From assembly GCA_023213395.1 (NCBI GenBank), contig CM041465.1, positions 227,733,741 through 227,797,740 on the forward strand: a stretch of 64,000 nt of DNA, in the 5' to 3' direction. Both the position numbers and the translations under genes were made by a program. The first letter of the stretch is position 1. Each line of letters begins with the position of its first letter. Origin of the DNA: Cycas panzhihuaensis (lineage: Eukaryota > Plantae > Cycadophyta). Positions 1 to 14,021 of this stretch are shown here, piece by piece. The notes under the pieces are model-generated. The model was given only the letters and a program-made list of their open reading frames with translations. It was not told the origin of the DNA and did not search any database.

Positions 1-446
1 GCTAGGGGGTGTAGGGTGTTCACTCAAAATACCCTAGATTTTATGGTCGAGATTTATGCCTTGTATGGCTCTCTCATATAGCCCTATTTAGGGTGATTTT
101 TCATTATGTTGATGGTGTTCAATGTATTGGATGTATTGTGAAGAGTTAGGTGGCTAGTTGTTATTACTATGAGCATTCTACTATAGATTATATATATTTC
201 TCCATTCTTTGATAATAAAAAGATCGACACCTTTTCTATGTGGATGTTTCCCTAGCACATTACTAGGGTTTTACCGCATTATATCAGGTGTATATGTGAT
301 GCTTTAGCTTTCTAATTCATTTTATTGTATTATCTCTGGTTTAAGAACTTGTATGTTAAATTTTAATTTTGATTCATATAACTAGTTACAAAATAGTTTA
401 GATCTTGGTAGAGGTTTGAGGTTATTGGGACCTTGTCTTCTCAACA
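1..446 (+). repeat. 5' LTR (partial) of the Tork-like copia
   Basis: Colinear with about 4609-5155 apart from a ~100-bp deletion. Ends TCAACA before the PBS. Confidence 0.9.
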
Positions 447-518
447 AGTAGTGTCAAAGCTACTTTTATTTTTGTAATGAGTTTGTGAAGATTTTGGTGT
501 CAGCTTTTTCTATACTAA

Positions 519-3500
519 ATGGTGAAACTAGCAAATACAAAGTTTGAAATGGAAAAATTTAATGGCAAGAATAACTTTAAGTTGTGGAAGTTGAAAGTGT
601 ATGATGTTTTAATACAAAAAGGTTTATACAGAGCTCTTGCAGGTAAATCGAAGAAACCCACAAGGATGGATGATAATGAATGGGATGATTTAGATAAAAG
701 GGCTCTTAGCATAATATAATTATGCTTAGTGGATGAAGTTCTATTTAGTATCGTAGGGGAGTAGACAATAATAAGATTATGGACCCAGGTGGAAAGCTTG
801 TATATGACCAAATCAATTATGAATCGAATCTACTTGAAGAGGCAACTATACTCATTACGAATAAATGAAGGTATAAAAATTGTTGATCATTTAAATATTT
901 TCAATACTCTTAATTGTTAGTTTACTAGTATCAATGTTATAATTGAAGATGAGGATAAGGTTGTTACCTTGTTATGTTCATTACCAGAATTCTGTGATAA
1001 TATTGTCATCTTAATTAGTTTTAGCACTATAGATGAATTAGACTATGATTCTATTATGATTGCTTTACTGATGGAAGAAGTGAGGAGGTAGTCTAATCTT
1101 AAAACCTCCATACCAGAAGCTATGACAACAAGGGGTAGAACAATTAAAAGAGGATAAAGCTCTAGGGATATATCAAGGTCAAAGTCAAAAGTCAAGAAGA
1201 GTAAGCTTAGATGTTGGCACTGTAATAAGATAAATCACCTCAAGAAGGATTACTACGAAAGGAAGGAGTTCTAGAAGAAGGAAGATTCTGCCAAGCAAGC
1301 TAATCAGGTGGAGTCGAATTAAGGTACCAATGATGATATCTTAGTTACTTGTAATATTTCTCATTATCATCATGATTAGTCATTAGATTTGGGTGCTTCA
1401 CACCATATGTGTCCATACAAGAGTTGATTTTCATCATACCAACCTCTTGATGGTGGTGATGTACTTATGGGAAATGAAGTTTCTTGTAAGACAATAGGCA
1501 TTAGTAGCATCATAATTAAAATGTTCATTGGTGTAGTGAGAACATTAACTGAAGCTAGACATGCACTTGATCTGAAAAGGAATCTAATTTTCTTGGTTGA
1601 ACTAGATTCTTATGATTATAAGTAAACAGGTCATGAAGGAGTCTTAAATGTATCAAAGGGTACCTTGGTTATTATGAAAGACTTCAAGAAAGCAAACCTT
1701 TAAATTTTAGTGGGAAGTATAGATGTTATCCAGACAACTACAATATTAAAGACTATAAAAGATCCAACTCAGTTATGGCATCAGAGACTTGGGCACATGA
1801 GTGAGAGAGGACATAAGGTGCTAATGAACTATAAGTTACTTCCTAACTTACAACTTTCAGATTTGGATTTTCACAAATATTATATTTTTGGAAAGTAGTG
1901 TAGGCTCAAGTTTAAAGTAGGGAGTCCTACTAGTAAAGGTGTTTTAGATTATGTACATTCAGATGTGTGGGGACTAGCCCCTACAATATCTTATGGAGGA
2001 TCATTGTACTTTGTCACATTTATAGATGATTACTCCAGAAAGGTACGGGTCTATTCTTAAAAAAGGAAATCTAAAGTTTTCAGTGTGTTTAAGTAGTTCA
2101 AGGCTCTAGTTGAGAAGACCACTGACAGGTCAATCAAATATTTAAGAACTAACAATGGGGGTGAGTTCAACTCCTTGGAGTTTGAGAACTATTATAGAGA
2201 AGCTAGGATTGAAAGGCATAAGACCACTAGCTATACTATGCAACAGAATGGCATAGCTAAGTGCATGAATAGGATACTCTTAGAAAGAGCAAGAAGCATG
2301 CTAAGTAATATAGGTGTGGAACTGGGCTTATGGGCAAAAGCTATTCAAATAACTTCTTATTTAGTAAACAGGTCACCATCACTTATAATAGACTATAAGA
2401 TTCTTGAAGAGGTATGGACTGGACATCCATGTGACTATTTAAATTTGAAAGTTTTTGGTTGTGATGCTTATGCCTTGACTGATAAAAGTCAACATTCAAA
2501 GTTAGACCTAAAATCTAAGAGATGTATCTTTGCTGGTTATGGTGATAGAGATGGTGTGAAGGAATACATGTTGTGGGATCCTACTGCCCACAAAATTACT
2601 ACTAATAGAGATGTATTTGATGAATATCCCTTTCTAAAATTAAATAGTATAGAAGTTGAAGTGAAACATGAGTAGAAAGTTGAACATCAGCAGGTTAATC
2701 TTAAGACCCAACCATCTTTGGAAACAAAAGAACAAGAAGATCTTTCTGAAGATGAATCTACATTAGATTTATAGGAGTATGTGGGCATTTCTCCACCAAC
2801 TATTAGAAGATCTATATGAGTTAGTCATCCACCTGACAGGTATAACCCTTCTATTTCTATTGCTTTAGTTTCTAATGATGGTAAGCCTACATGCTATCAG
2901 GAAGCAATAGATGATATCTATACTAAGAAGTGGAAGAGGGCTATGTAGGAAGAGATAGATGCTTTGAAGAAAAATAATTCATAGGACTTGGTAAAACTTC
3001 CACATAGCACGAAGACTATTGGTTGTAAGTGGGTTTTTAAGAAGAAAATGGATGTTGATAGAAAGGTTGACAAATATAGGGTAAGACTGGTGGCTAAAGG
3101 CTTTACACAGAAAACAGGTATTGACTTTCATGAGATCTTTTCACTAGTTGTCAAACTTATTTCAATTCTAGTTCTATTAGCATTCGTAGCTTCTCGTGAT
3201 TTGGAGTTGGAGTAGTTAGATATTAAAATAACTTTTCTACATGGAGATTTAGATGAGGAGATCTATATGGATTAACCAGAAGGGTTTGTATAAGATGGTA
3301 GGAAAGACTTATTTGCAGGGTGAGGAAATCATTATATGGCCTAAAGTAATCACTTAAGCAATGGTACAAGAAGTTTAATGCCTTCATGGAAAACCAAAAT
3401 TTTAAAAGAAGTGAGTATGATCATTATGTTTACTTTAAATTCTTAGACAATAGCTTATTTATTATCTTGGTATTATATATTGATGACATGTTGGTTACAA

Positions 3501-4440
3501 GCAAGAGTATGGCAGAAATCAATAAGTTAAAGACTCAATTGGCTATGACTTTTGATATGAAAGATCTAGGAGCTACAAAATAAATCTTAGGAATGGAGAT
3601 ATATAGAGACAGGAAAAATGGTAAGCTATAGTTATCATAATAGAAATATATGGAGGAGGTGCTAACTAGGTTTAGTATGGCAAATGTGAAACCAAAGAGT
3701 ATCCCGTTGGCTACCCATTTCAAGCTTTCTTCGAGTATAAGTCCTAGTAATGAAGAAGAAAAGGATTATATGCCTCGTGTAGCTTATGCCAGTGTAGTAG
3801 GAAGTTTGGTGTATGCCATGGTATGTACAAGAACTGACATTTCACATGTAGTTAGTGTAGTTAGCAAGATTATGGAAAATACAAGAAAGAAACATTGGGT
3901 AGTAGTGAAATGGGTGTTTCAGTATTTGAGAGGCACAAGTGATTATTACATCACCTTTGGAGGTACATATAATCAAGTTTATAGATATGTTGATTAAAAC
4001 TTTATAGGAGATTTAGATAAGAGAAGGTCTACTTGAGGTTATATATTTACTCTTGCAAATGGTCAAGTTAGTTGGATGTCAAAATTATAGAGTATAATAG
4101 CATTATTGATTACAGAAGCTAAATATATTACTGTAACACATGCTTGTAAAGAAGCAATCTGGTTGCTGGGTCTATTAGTTGAGCTTCGAAGGTAACATAA
4201 AAAGGTAAAGGTATTTTGTGATAGTCAAAGTATCATTTATTAGTAAAGAATCCATCTTATCATAGTAGGACAAAGCATATTGCTCTTAAGTACCATTTTG
4301 TTAGACAAGTTGTGGAAGCAGGTGGAGTGACACTTGAGAAGGTTAACACAAAATAGAATTATGTTGATATTTTCACAAAACTAGTACTATTAGAGAAGTT
4401 CAAATGGTGTTTGACTTCTCTTAGCTTGTAGAAAAGGTGA
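519..4440 (+). pseudogene. copia gag-pol, many stops and frameshifts
   Basis: MVKLANTKFEMEKFNGKNNFKLWK (gag), CWHCNKINHLKKDY (zinc knuckle), LDLGASHHM (PR), LWHQRLGHMSE (GAG-pre-INT), QQNGIAKCMNR (INT), IGCKWVFKKK and LYIDDML (RT), RTKHI (RH). Confidence 0.95.
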
Positions 4441-4488
4441 TGAATGGTCCAGGAAAGGTATCGGGTAAATTGTTGTCAAGGTGGAAAT

Positions 4489-5155
4489 TGTTAGATAATA
4501 TGACAACAATGTTTTAGAGGTTAAAATTTTGACAGGTTAGTAGTACACTTCCCCCCCCCCCCCCCCAAATTTCTTCGAGGGTTTCAAGGGGGGCGGGAGC
4601 CCCCTTTGGCTAGGGGGTGTGGGGGGCATTGGAACCCCTCCATAAAGAGGGGGTTCAGGGGCGATAGCCCCTAACCCAAAAAGTTAGCACTGAAAAGCAT
4701 AATAAATTATAAAGAGAATTAGGGTCATTTACTCAAAATATCCTACATTTTATGGTCGATAATTGTGCCTTATATGACTCTCTTATATAGCCCAATTTAG
4801 GGTGTTTTTTCATTATGTTGATGATGTTTGATGTTTTAGATGTACTGTGAAGAGTTAGGTGGTTGGTTGTTGTTGTTATGAGCATTCTGCTATAGATTAT
4901 GTACATTTCTCCATTCTTTGATAATAAAAGGATCAATACCTTTCTTGTGTGGATGTTTCCCTAGTACATTGCTAGGGTTTTACCATGTTATATTGGGTGT
5001 ATATATGATGTTTTAACTTTTTAATTTATTTTATTATATTATCTCTGCTTTAAGAACTTGCATATTAAATTTTAGTTTTAATTCCTATAACTAGTTACAA
5101 AATAGTTTAGATCTTGGTGATGATTTCAAGTTATTGGGACCTTGTCTTTTTAACA
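4489..5155 (+). repeat. 3' LTR of the Tork-like copia
   Basis: TG...CA termini after the PPT; matches 1-446. Confidence 0.92.
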
Positions 5156-5995
5156 GTTTCTAAATGTTGGAGATATAGGGGCATATTGGTACTATAAATT
5201 AATATATCATCCAAGAAGACAATAATGAACTTTTGAAGGTAAAGAGCAACAATTTTATTTATGAGGGCTTAAAAAGTAGCTAGGGTATTATATGAACCAA
5301 TTAGCATGGCTTGAAATTCAAAGTGACCATGATGGGTTCAAAATATTATTTTGTGCCTATCCTCTCGGGTTATTGGTATTTAATAATATTTGGATTGTAG
5401 GTATAATTTAGAAAATATTGTAATCCCATGGATTTCATCTAATATATCATTTATCTAGAGGGTAGGAAACTTATTCTTAATGGTTAGTTTATTGAGTTCC
5501 TTAAAGAACCATGCTTTTTTTGAACTAATACAATGTGGGCTACATAGGAGCTTTTACTAAGCTATATTATTCCTATATCTATAAGTTCATTAATAATGTG
5601 ATTAATCTCATTCTTTTAGAAGTAAAAGTCTTGGTACAAGTGTAGGCTGATAGGGTTGTGAGGGTTTTTAAGGTCTGTCGTATGGTGAAATCTATGATAT
5701 AGGGGAGGGCCATTAGGTAAGGGGTAGAAGAATGATTGGTCTTTAGTAAAAATGGTTTAGATATCTAGGTTAACTTTAGATTATGATTAAATGTTATTAA
5801 GGTAAATAATATATCCTATGCTCCTATTGAGCTACTTACTCATTTCCTTAAGGGAAATGAGTTTGTTAGGTAGGGATTAGAGGTTTTAGAGATTATGAGT
5901 TTGATTATAATGGTCTTTAAACATTATAAATGGGCTCTTAAGGGAGTTATTAATATTATAAGTTCTTAGAGTTTGGAGCCATTAGACCCTAAGAT
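5156..5995 (-). pseudogene. Ty3/gypsy (Reina-like chromovirus) pol fragment: end of PR to RT
   Basis: The minus strand reads FKELNKLTIKNKFPTL*INDILDEIHG..IFSKL...THHGHFEF...KFIIVFLDDILIYS..LQHLE, cut at 5156 by the copia insertion. Confidence 0.88.
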
Positions 5996-6455
5996 TATTG
6001 AAATATATGATTTATCATATATATAATATTTAATGTTAGTGAGATATACACATATACAATCCCACCAATCATACATATTGAGATATGTGAGATGTATATA
6101 TATCCATGTAATCATACTATTAAATGATATAAAGGCTTAAAAGATATCATAGGCTACTCATGAGGTGAATCATATTATAAATATGTATATAAACCACTTG
6201 AGAACTTGAGAAAGGTCATTGACTAGGAGATGTATTCATTATGATCATAAAAGGAGTTCTAACCTCAAACTTTTCTATGATTTTTTCTACACTAGGTTTT
6301 TCACATATAAATTTATTATCTTTCTTGTGATGAATGCTTTGTATATTTGATGTTTACTTTATCTATTTATTACTTTACTTATGTATATAACTCATAAGAT
6401 AATTTTGCTATTATATTTACATCATATATTCTATTGTTACTCTATATTTTTTACA
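5996..6455 (+). repeat. 5' LTR
   Basis: Direct repeat of 13941-14417, followed by a PBS. Confidence 0.9.
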
Positions 6456-7777
6456 TGGTATTAGAGTGATTTATAATAGGGTATCAGAATCATGGTAAGT
6501 TGAAAGATCTAGTGAAGATAGATTGCATGTTTATCATAGCCATAATTAGTTGAAAGATTTTATGCAATGAGAAGAATACTATTGAGCCAATTTGATGAGC
6601 GAGAATGAACTAATGGTAGAGCTAATAATAGAGCCATGGCAGAGTTAGTATAAGAGATAAACCTGAGGTGAATATATTAAGCCATAGATCTAAATATGCT
6701 AGTGTTTTACTGTGATATGTGACCAAGATTTAGGGGCCAGATCAATGAGATGAAGATGAAGCCACAAAAAGTCACATGAATTATAGATATTAATGGTATA
6801 TTGATATGATGATTTTATAGTGGGTATTTATTTAAGCATGTGGTGCTCCACATTCATGAACATGCAGATATTGAAAGAAGTCCACCTATGAAGATTTTTT
6901 ATTTCATTAATGAAGGCTTTTATGAGTGTCCTATTAAGGATTCACTGTCACTAATGAATCATTTTAGAGGCCTTTATAAGCATCTCAATTAGAGATTCAC
7001 AACCAAAATAAACTCGTTACCCCATTAATAAGAACAAAACATGCAGTAGGCCTGTATAATGGCATATTAGTATGTATAAAGACAAGTACAAACATGATGT
7101 TGATAAGTATGAAACATATATTTAATAACAAATAAGGTATGTGGCATATAATAAATCTTGATATTGAAGGCATATTATTGATATGTGGTTTGATAAAAGT
7201 ATGAGGGCAACATATTTAAATAGTTAAATGAGTATAGTTTACATGGCATGAAGATGTTTGATGTAATGTTAATATTGGCTAAGTGAAAATATAAGGACAT
7301 CATTACTGAGGATATGTAATATATCAAATACTATTGATTGATGTTATTATGGCGACATAAAAAAATATAAGGGAATTATTATTATGTGGGTAATATTACA
7401 TATATTAATAAGGGCAATAATGGGTAGACTATTATGAGATTAGGATACTTCTATGTATATTTATAACAAAATTTTATTTGGGAAGCATTCTTTATACTAT
7501 GACTATAACTTAAGGTTGGGTACCATGATTTGATGCTTATTGCCAAATATTATTAAGCAATTTTAATTTGCAAATGAGGATTTAAATAATTTTAGTGAAG
7601 GCTATTTAAATGCATATTATACCCATTATGAGGGTAGTTAATATCAAAGCATGTGGTGGCATTATATGGTTATATTATTTGAATATTAGTTTGTTATGGG
7701 TGATTAATCAAATTATGAATAATTTTTTGTTTAAGTGAAGCTAGGTATAGAATACATCCATAAGGAGATTTAACCAC

Positions 7778-10700
7778 TATTGGGATAAACCCTAATGTGA
7801 TTAGAGATCTATGTGCCTAGGGCTCCTGAAAGCCACCTTTGAGAGCCCTAGGGTACCTAGAGCCTACTAATAGCTGTCTAAAGGGACCTAGAGATGATGC
7901 AATACTCTTAAGGTATGTGCAATAATTATTAATTATTTTTTTTTAATATTATTTGAATATTAACAGCTAACATGCAGGTCAGGTTGATGGCATTTTCTAC
8001 CTCCCCAAATGTCTATTTATGGGGTGGGAATACCTCCCTGGTATTTTTTAACATTGCCATGATTGGAAATCTTATGTTAACTCAAAATGCATTCAGTGTA
8101 AAGTCTCGCTCTGCTCCTCTGTGACCCACATTTAGTATCAGAGCCCAAGGTTCAATCCTTGGAGGCATTTCTTACAAACCCTAGTACATGTTATCCTTGC
8201 TTTTGAGCTTTCAAGCCTTGTAAATTTTTTGATGTGCCTGTTGGGTGACTTTGTCAACTTGAAGATCATTTCAAGTTATATCTTATGTATATTTTGTTAT
8301 GGGACTATTATCAAGCTTTGAAGGGCTATTTTGGTGATGATGAGAGGTTATTTTCAAGTCCATTTTAAAGTTTTGTAGCAGTTTGAAGCCTATTAAGGCT
8401 ACTAGGGTGGACATCTTCTACGCATGTGGCACCATAATAAATTTGCATGTAGGTGAAAGTCCACGAAAGATCATTCCAACTACTTAAAGACCATCTCCAT
8501 TGCATGCCAGTGGATAAGAATACAACTAGGATCATTGACAGTAGTTGAAAGAGTCCTTCTTGGTTAGGAGTGACTTCATTTCAATTTTTTTTTCATAGAT
8601 CTATAGGTGGATAAAGGTCCTATATTATTTTTTCTGATATGTACTCTCCTTATGTTAAAAATATTCAAAAATTTAGTATTCTAGCTTATGTCCTTATGTA
8701 TTTCTCAAAATAAAAAGGGGAGGGGGGAGAGGGGGGGAATATGCCAGGTTTGTGGTGCTTGAGTTGGGCCCTATTTGCTGCCAATGACCTTGAACAACTC
8801 TCCTCAACTGTTGTCGACTATATGAAAACTAGCACTCATCATTCTAGATTTGTACCTGTCTCTGACTCAATATGTCAGCTCTAGTTGTGTTTGTTATCGA
8901 TAACTACCTATATGAGCCTCATCTTTAGCATTTGTAGAATTCTCTTCATGCCTTTATTGATTATCCTTCATATAACTGCATTCTAATCTACTGAAACCCT
9001 TACACAATATACTTGATTAAAAATCAATATAAGTAGTTATGCACATAGTATATATTCTTTTCTTTGCCTCCTCTTCACTTCCAATGATAAAGGTGAGCAT
9101 CTTAGCAAACATGACAATTATTTCCTCATGGCTAGGTGGGGGTTTCTAAGCGAACTCTATTGTAATAATCCAATACTTATAATCGATGCCTTCAAAGAGC
9201 TTGATCTCCCTCGGTTCTCTATTATGGTATGAATCTAAGGGCGAATACACCAACCTAGACCCTGACATTCTATAGAACACAATGATGCATCTTGAAGGAG
9301 GCGATTATGGATATAAATCAAATGCATTACTAAGTATTGCAGCAGCCAAAGGACAGGCACATGACGTTCTAGGAACCAAACTCAAAGGAGAATGAGATGT
9401 AGATGAAGTTGAAGATGTTAAGGCTCTAGAAAAGGCTCTTAGCAATAATGGAGAAAAAGAGATGCTAAGTGCATGACAGAGACAGATAGCCATTATCGCC
9501 ATGATTGGGACTCTTGCAGAACACCTTCTGAGCTGATTCTATCCTTACTTAGAAGTTCTAGCAATGCATTAATAATAGACCTGCACACTCATAGTGGCGA
9601 CTCTCCAACTCACAAACTTGCCCTTTGATCATTTAATGGTGGCTATTGAAAATCTTCCTCACAAACCTGCATACTAGATATCATCAATAGTGACTCAATG
9701 ATTATTCTTGGTGGAACCCTAATAGGGTTGTTATTTTATTAATATTATTGACATAGATTTCAAATTTCTTTGGAAAAAGTTTATTTTTTTCAATTAAAAA
9801 AATGAAATTTAATTATATTATATAGTGATTTCAAGTCTACTCAACCCTCTTAATAGTCAGCACTTGGTCTTATGGAGGTTTTACATGACCAACTGCTAAC
9901 TTATAGAAGGGGCTAGTCCCAATTTTTATCATTTTCTAGAGTACTGGTCACTTTTTTTGTTATTTCTTAAGATTGGGAGGTCCTTTTTTAGTCTTGTCTA
10001 TTGTGTTGGGTCTATAATAGAGAGACCTTTTATTTGACAGGTACTTTGACATATTTTGGAGCTATTTTCATGGAGATTTTTTAATTCAAAGACATAAGTA
10101 TCTACTTATCTTCATTTTTTCTCAACTTCTAGAGGCACATATCACATTCTTGAGGCTTCTTGATATAATGTACCCCAAATGGAGGGTATGACATGTACCA
10201 TGGTCTTACTTTTTAGCTCTTGAAGAACCTATTATAATCATCTTATACTTCATTTATGAGAGAGAGTCATATGTACTACACAAGTCACATATTATTTTTT
10301 AGTCATGTAAAACATTTAATGTTAGTTATTTTATCCATGGTGGTAAGTTGTTAGCTCAACAAGGCATCTTTTAGCCCATGTGGCATGTTTGAGGCCATAG
10401 TGCCATTGTATTTTTGGCTATTAGATGCCAAAGAAGTGTTAGTCCTATTGAGAAAGAGGTAGGACACACTTTTAGAAGCTACTCTTGCCTACCATGTGCC
10501 ATGTGCCATGTGCTTCTTATATATATTTTTTCTGCTTGCACTCCCATATGAGCTAGGGGTGGGACCTTATTCAACTACTCATGCTAGCTCCTAATTGATC
10601 CACATACACAAAGGGAATTTTTATCCAATTGGTAGTTGTAGTGGATGATGACCCATGAATTATAGTAGATTGAATCCACTTCATATGGACTTTGATAACT

Positions 10701-11472
10701 TTCTTATTTTGTGCAGTAGCATTTATGATGTAGCAGACTTTTAAAGACTCTAGCTTGTCATTGATGTGACAACATTTATGTAATTAACTATTATAGTGAG
10801 GAATGTTGGGTGTAATACCCAATTACATTTACCTTATGTAAACTCTCTCTATTTCTTATATTTTATATTAGAGTCGTATGTCACCTTGATATGTGTGCCA
10901 CCTCTAAGTAGTCCAATGGGGTTCTCTCACTAGTGGTGAGCTTGTATTATAAGTATACACTCTTCATTGTTCATAATTGAGTTTTGTCCAATTCTCCACA
11001 CATTGTATCTATTGTTGTTTATACTTCATCCTTTTATAGTTTATTACATGGTGCTATATACTTCATCATTTTGTACTTTATTGCTTATTTTAGTTTGATC
11101 AATAGTTACTCTATTTGGCCTCTTTTTGGTTTGCAGGCTCGTTCTTAACACACAAGTATCAGTTTGTCCTAAAACTTTGTGAGCCCCTTGCTACCTAGGA
11201 TATCTCACTATCACTAAAATTTTGTGATAAACCATCTCTTTGTCTACCCAGGATATCCTTTGGTACTTTATTACTTAGTACTTTATTACTCGGTACTTCA
11301 TACTTCATCCTTCATCCTTCCTTAGGTTGATGGCAATTGTCGCCTTCTCAAATGTCTATTTATAAGGTGGAATACCTCCTTGGCATTTTTTAACATCGAC
11401 ATTGTTGGAAATCTTATGTTAACTTAAAATGCATTTAGTATAAAGTCCCACTCTACTCCTCTGTGACCCACA
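7778..11472 (+). mobile_element. Nested non-autonomous LTR element with only partly homologous termini; carries a MORF fragment
   Basis: TSD ACCAC at 7773-7777 and 11473-11477. PBS TTTAGTATCAGAGCC at 8131, PPT AGTGAGGAA then TGTTGGG at 10804. The termini share only the last ~150 bp (7981-8130 vs 11324-11472). Confidence 0.82.
9017..9502 (-). pseudogene. MORF: Captured fragment of a MORF/RIP/DAG-family organellar RNA editing factor (targeting peptide plus N-half of MORF box)
   Basis: One frame of 162 codons with 2 internal stops: MAIMAICL...(S/R/L-rich presequence)...SGSRLVYSPLDSYHNREPREIKLFEGIDYKYWIITIEFA*KPPPSHEEIIVMFAKMLTFIIGSEEEAKKRIYTMCITTYIDF. Matches the MORF box LFEGCDYxHWLITM...GSEEEAKKRIY...TTTYxGF. 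Confidence 0.9.
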
Positions 11473-13940
11473 ACCACAAGCCATTCTACTATATCATAAC
11501 ATAGTGCTACCTTATCTAACATAACAAGATTTTGAATATTTCGATGAGTATAGATGATTATCTAGTGGTGATGGACTCTAGTTAGAGAAGGAATGCAATT
11601 CAAAGAAGAGAATAGAGAAATCCCTATCTCTGTATCTACCACCAAAGATTACCCCATCCACCCATGTAAAATATGCCCCATCTTTACACAATTATACAGA
11701 GGTTTATATAGTTAAAAGAATGCCACTTGAAGGAGATTTCACCTATTATTGTAGATCATATAGGCATATAATTATTGAAGATTACATATCACATAGGGAA
11801 GGACTTAAAGACCACAACCATAGTAGCTAGATTTCTTTATTTTTAGACTTTGATCTAATATTCAGAAGAACCTAACAAGGATGCCCTACCCATAGAATAT
11901 GATAGTATGATGAAAATCACCCTATATTGCATTTGCTAAAAAAGATAAGAAAATTCCCTAATTGCTATATATAGGCACACACAAACATCCATAACACCCA
12001 CATGGAGAATAATTACTTAATAGTCAGAGATAGATTAATCATATGGTAGAGGATGATTCTCATTGCAATAGAAAATATAGTCCACAAAAGAATTTTTATG
12101 TGTAGAGATTGATTTGTTTTAGAGTATTTTAATGATTTCTAATAAATTTTGAGTTCCATTTGTAAGGCCATAACTTATTAATTGATGGTCACATAAGAGC
12201 CCATATGATCGTGGGCTAAGGCACAAAAGGGTGTAGCTCAAATAAAATAAAATAAAATTAGATAAATTTTATATGAAATTTAATTATTTTTTAAAGTTTG
12301 TCACAAATTTCTAAAAGATAATGTAATTTTTAAAGATATACTAGTGTATTTTTATTTATAACTTTTCACTAAGATATTAGAATTAGGTACCATTAGTTAT
12401 GTTAGAAAGAGAACTTTGGGACAATCAAAATATGTGGTCACACAATATACTTCAGATAGTAGAAGAAAGATAAAATGAAGGGTAAATTAGGTGAAAGTAC
12501 TTAAAACCTCATAAAAGTTATATTTTATAACCATTTTTAGAAAAAAAATAAGATAATTTGATGCTTTTAGATGCTCCAAACATGATGGTAACATTATTTT
12601 TTATTAACAAAGTAATAAAAAGAAATTTTAGTTTAAAATCAAGTAATCTAAGGCTCATTAATGATATTTGAAGACTCATGATAAGTTGAAATATTCAAAA
12701 ACTAGGAAATGTTTGATGAGATATTGATATGAAAAATTATTGATATGTTGGATATACAAAATCCCCCTTGGAACATATACATTTGGTTTAGTGAACTATG
12801 TAAAACTAGTCAAATATTAATGATCACCTGATATATTTCGATGAATGATTATTTAATTACATCTATTTGAGGATGATAACACCATTTGATTATGTTAAGG
12901 GCCCAGTTAGCTTGTTTGATTGATGCTGGAGAGATAAGAAGATAAAGATATTCTACTTATTAATGAGATAAGGGAAAGTCTCAGGTGAATGATTAATTGG
13001 CATACAAAATTAGTTGCAGATATAATCCAACTAATAATCAATTGTTGATATGGTATAGTTGAAACAAAGAAGGAAAGATGATAAAAGTGTTTGTCAGTAA
13101 GAAACTTGACTAACCGTGTATGACAAGAGATATGGAAACATATAGTTAATGATACCTGGTTACATCTAACTTGTTTTGGATAAGTAGTTCGACCTATTCT
13201 TAGAGATTTATTTTTGAGATGGTTGCTTGTTATTGATAAAGTAAAGAATGAATGCTAAAGCTTCTAAAGTGTGTAAATGAGGAAGTACACAAAGGGAAGA
13301 GAGAAAATAAATCTTATTCATAGGAGACAAGTATAAGTTTCACAAGCTACTCTTGCACAACACACTTAATTGTGTTGTTCTAACTTGTATGCAAGAGGCA
13401 AGATTATGCTACTCTTATACAATTAATTTGAAAAAATAATGAACCATATATTTGAAGTAATTACTTAGGGAACTAATAATTATAAGGGTTAGTTACTTAT
13501 ATATTTTGATAGATGGTTATTATTTTATATGGACTTAGAAATTACTCTATTTCTTTGTTGATTTAATGAATTAGTTAATAGTTGATAATGAAAACATCTA
13601 AACAAGTGAAGATATAAAGATGTTTAGGAAGATACTTCATATATATTGATGTTGATGTTGGTGAAGAATGATGGTTTATATTATAGGTTGGTTGTTCATA
13701 GTTAATCACTAATATACATATATGACTATATATAACTATATAGGTTATTAGATTTAGGTTGATGGTTATAAATATATAAGTTACTACTTATAGGAGATAA
13801 GCATATAGATGATGGATATTTATAGGTTATAGGTGATACATCATACAACATACATATTACAAGTTGAAGACATGAAGACAAAGGGATGAAGACATGTAGA
13901 TGAAGATTAATATTCAAAGACACTAAATATTAAGGGGAAA

Positions 13941-13985
13941 TATTAGAATATAGGATTTATCATATATAATATTCAATGTTAATGA

Positions 13986-14021
<36 letters not shown>

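Larger units (their letters stand above)
1..5155 (+). mobile_element. Ty1/copia LTR retrotransposon, Tork/Tnt1-like, degenerate; 5' LTR truncated by the window edge
   Basis: LTR pair 1-446 and 4489-5155 (TGTTAG...TAACA). Degenerate Met PBS AGTAGTGTCAAAGC at 447-460 and PPT CAAGGTGGAAAT at 4477-4488. GAG-PR-INT-RT-RH remnants in copia order. The right flank GTTTC resumes a gypsy RT. Confidence 0.95.

Noticed and set aside
9305-9502. 65-aa ORF as an intact small secreted or targeted protein
   Set aside because: It is only the presequence of the MORF pseudogene, ended by a probable CAA>TAA mutation.
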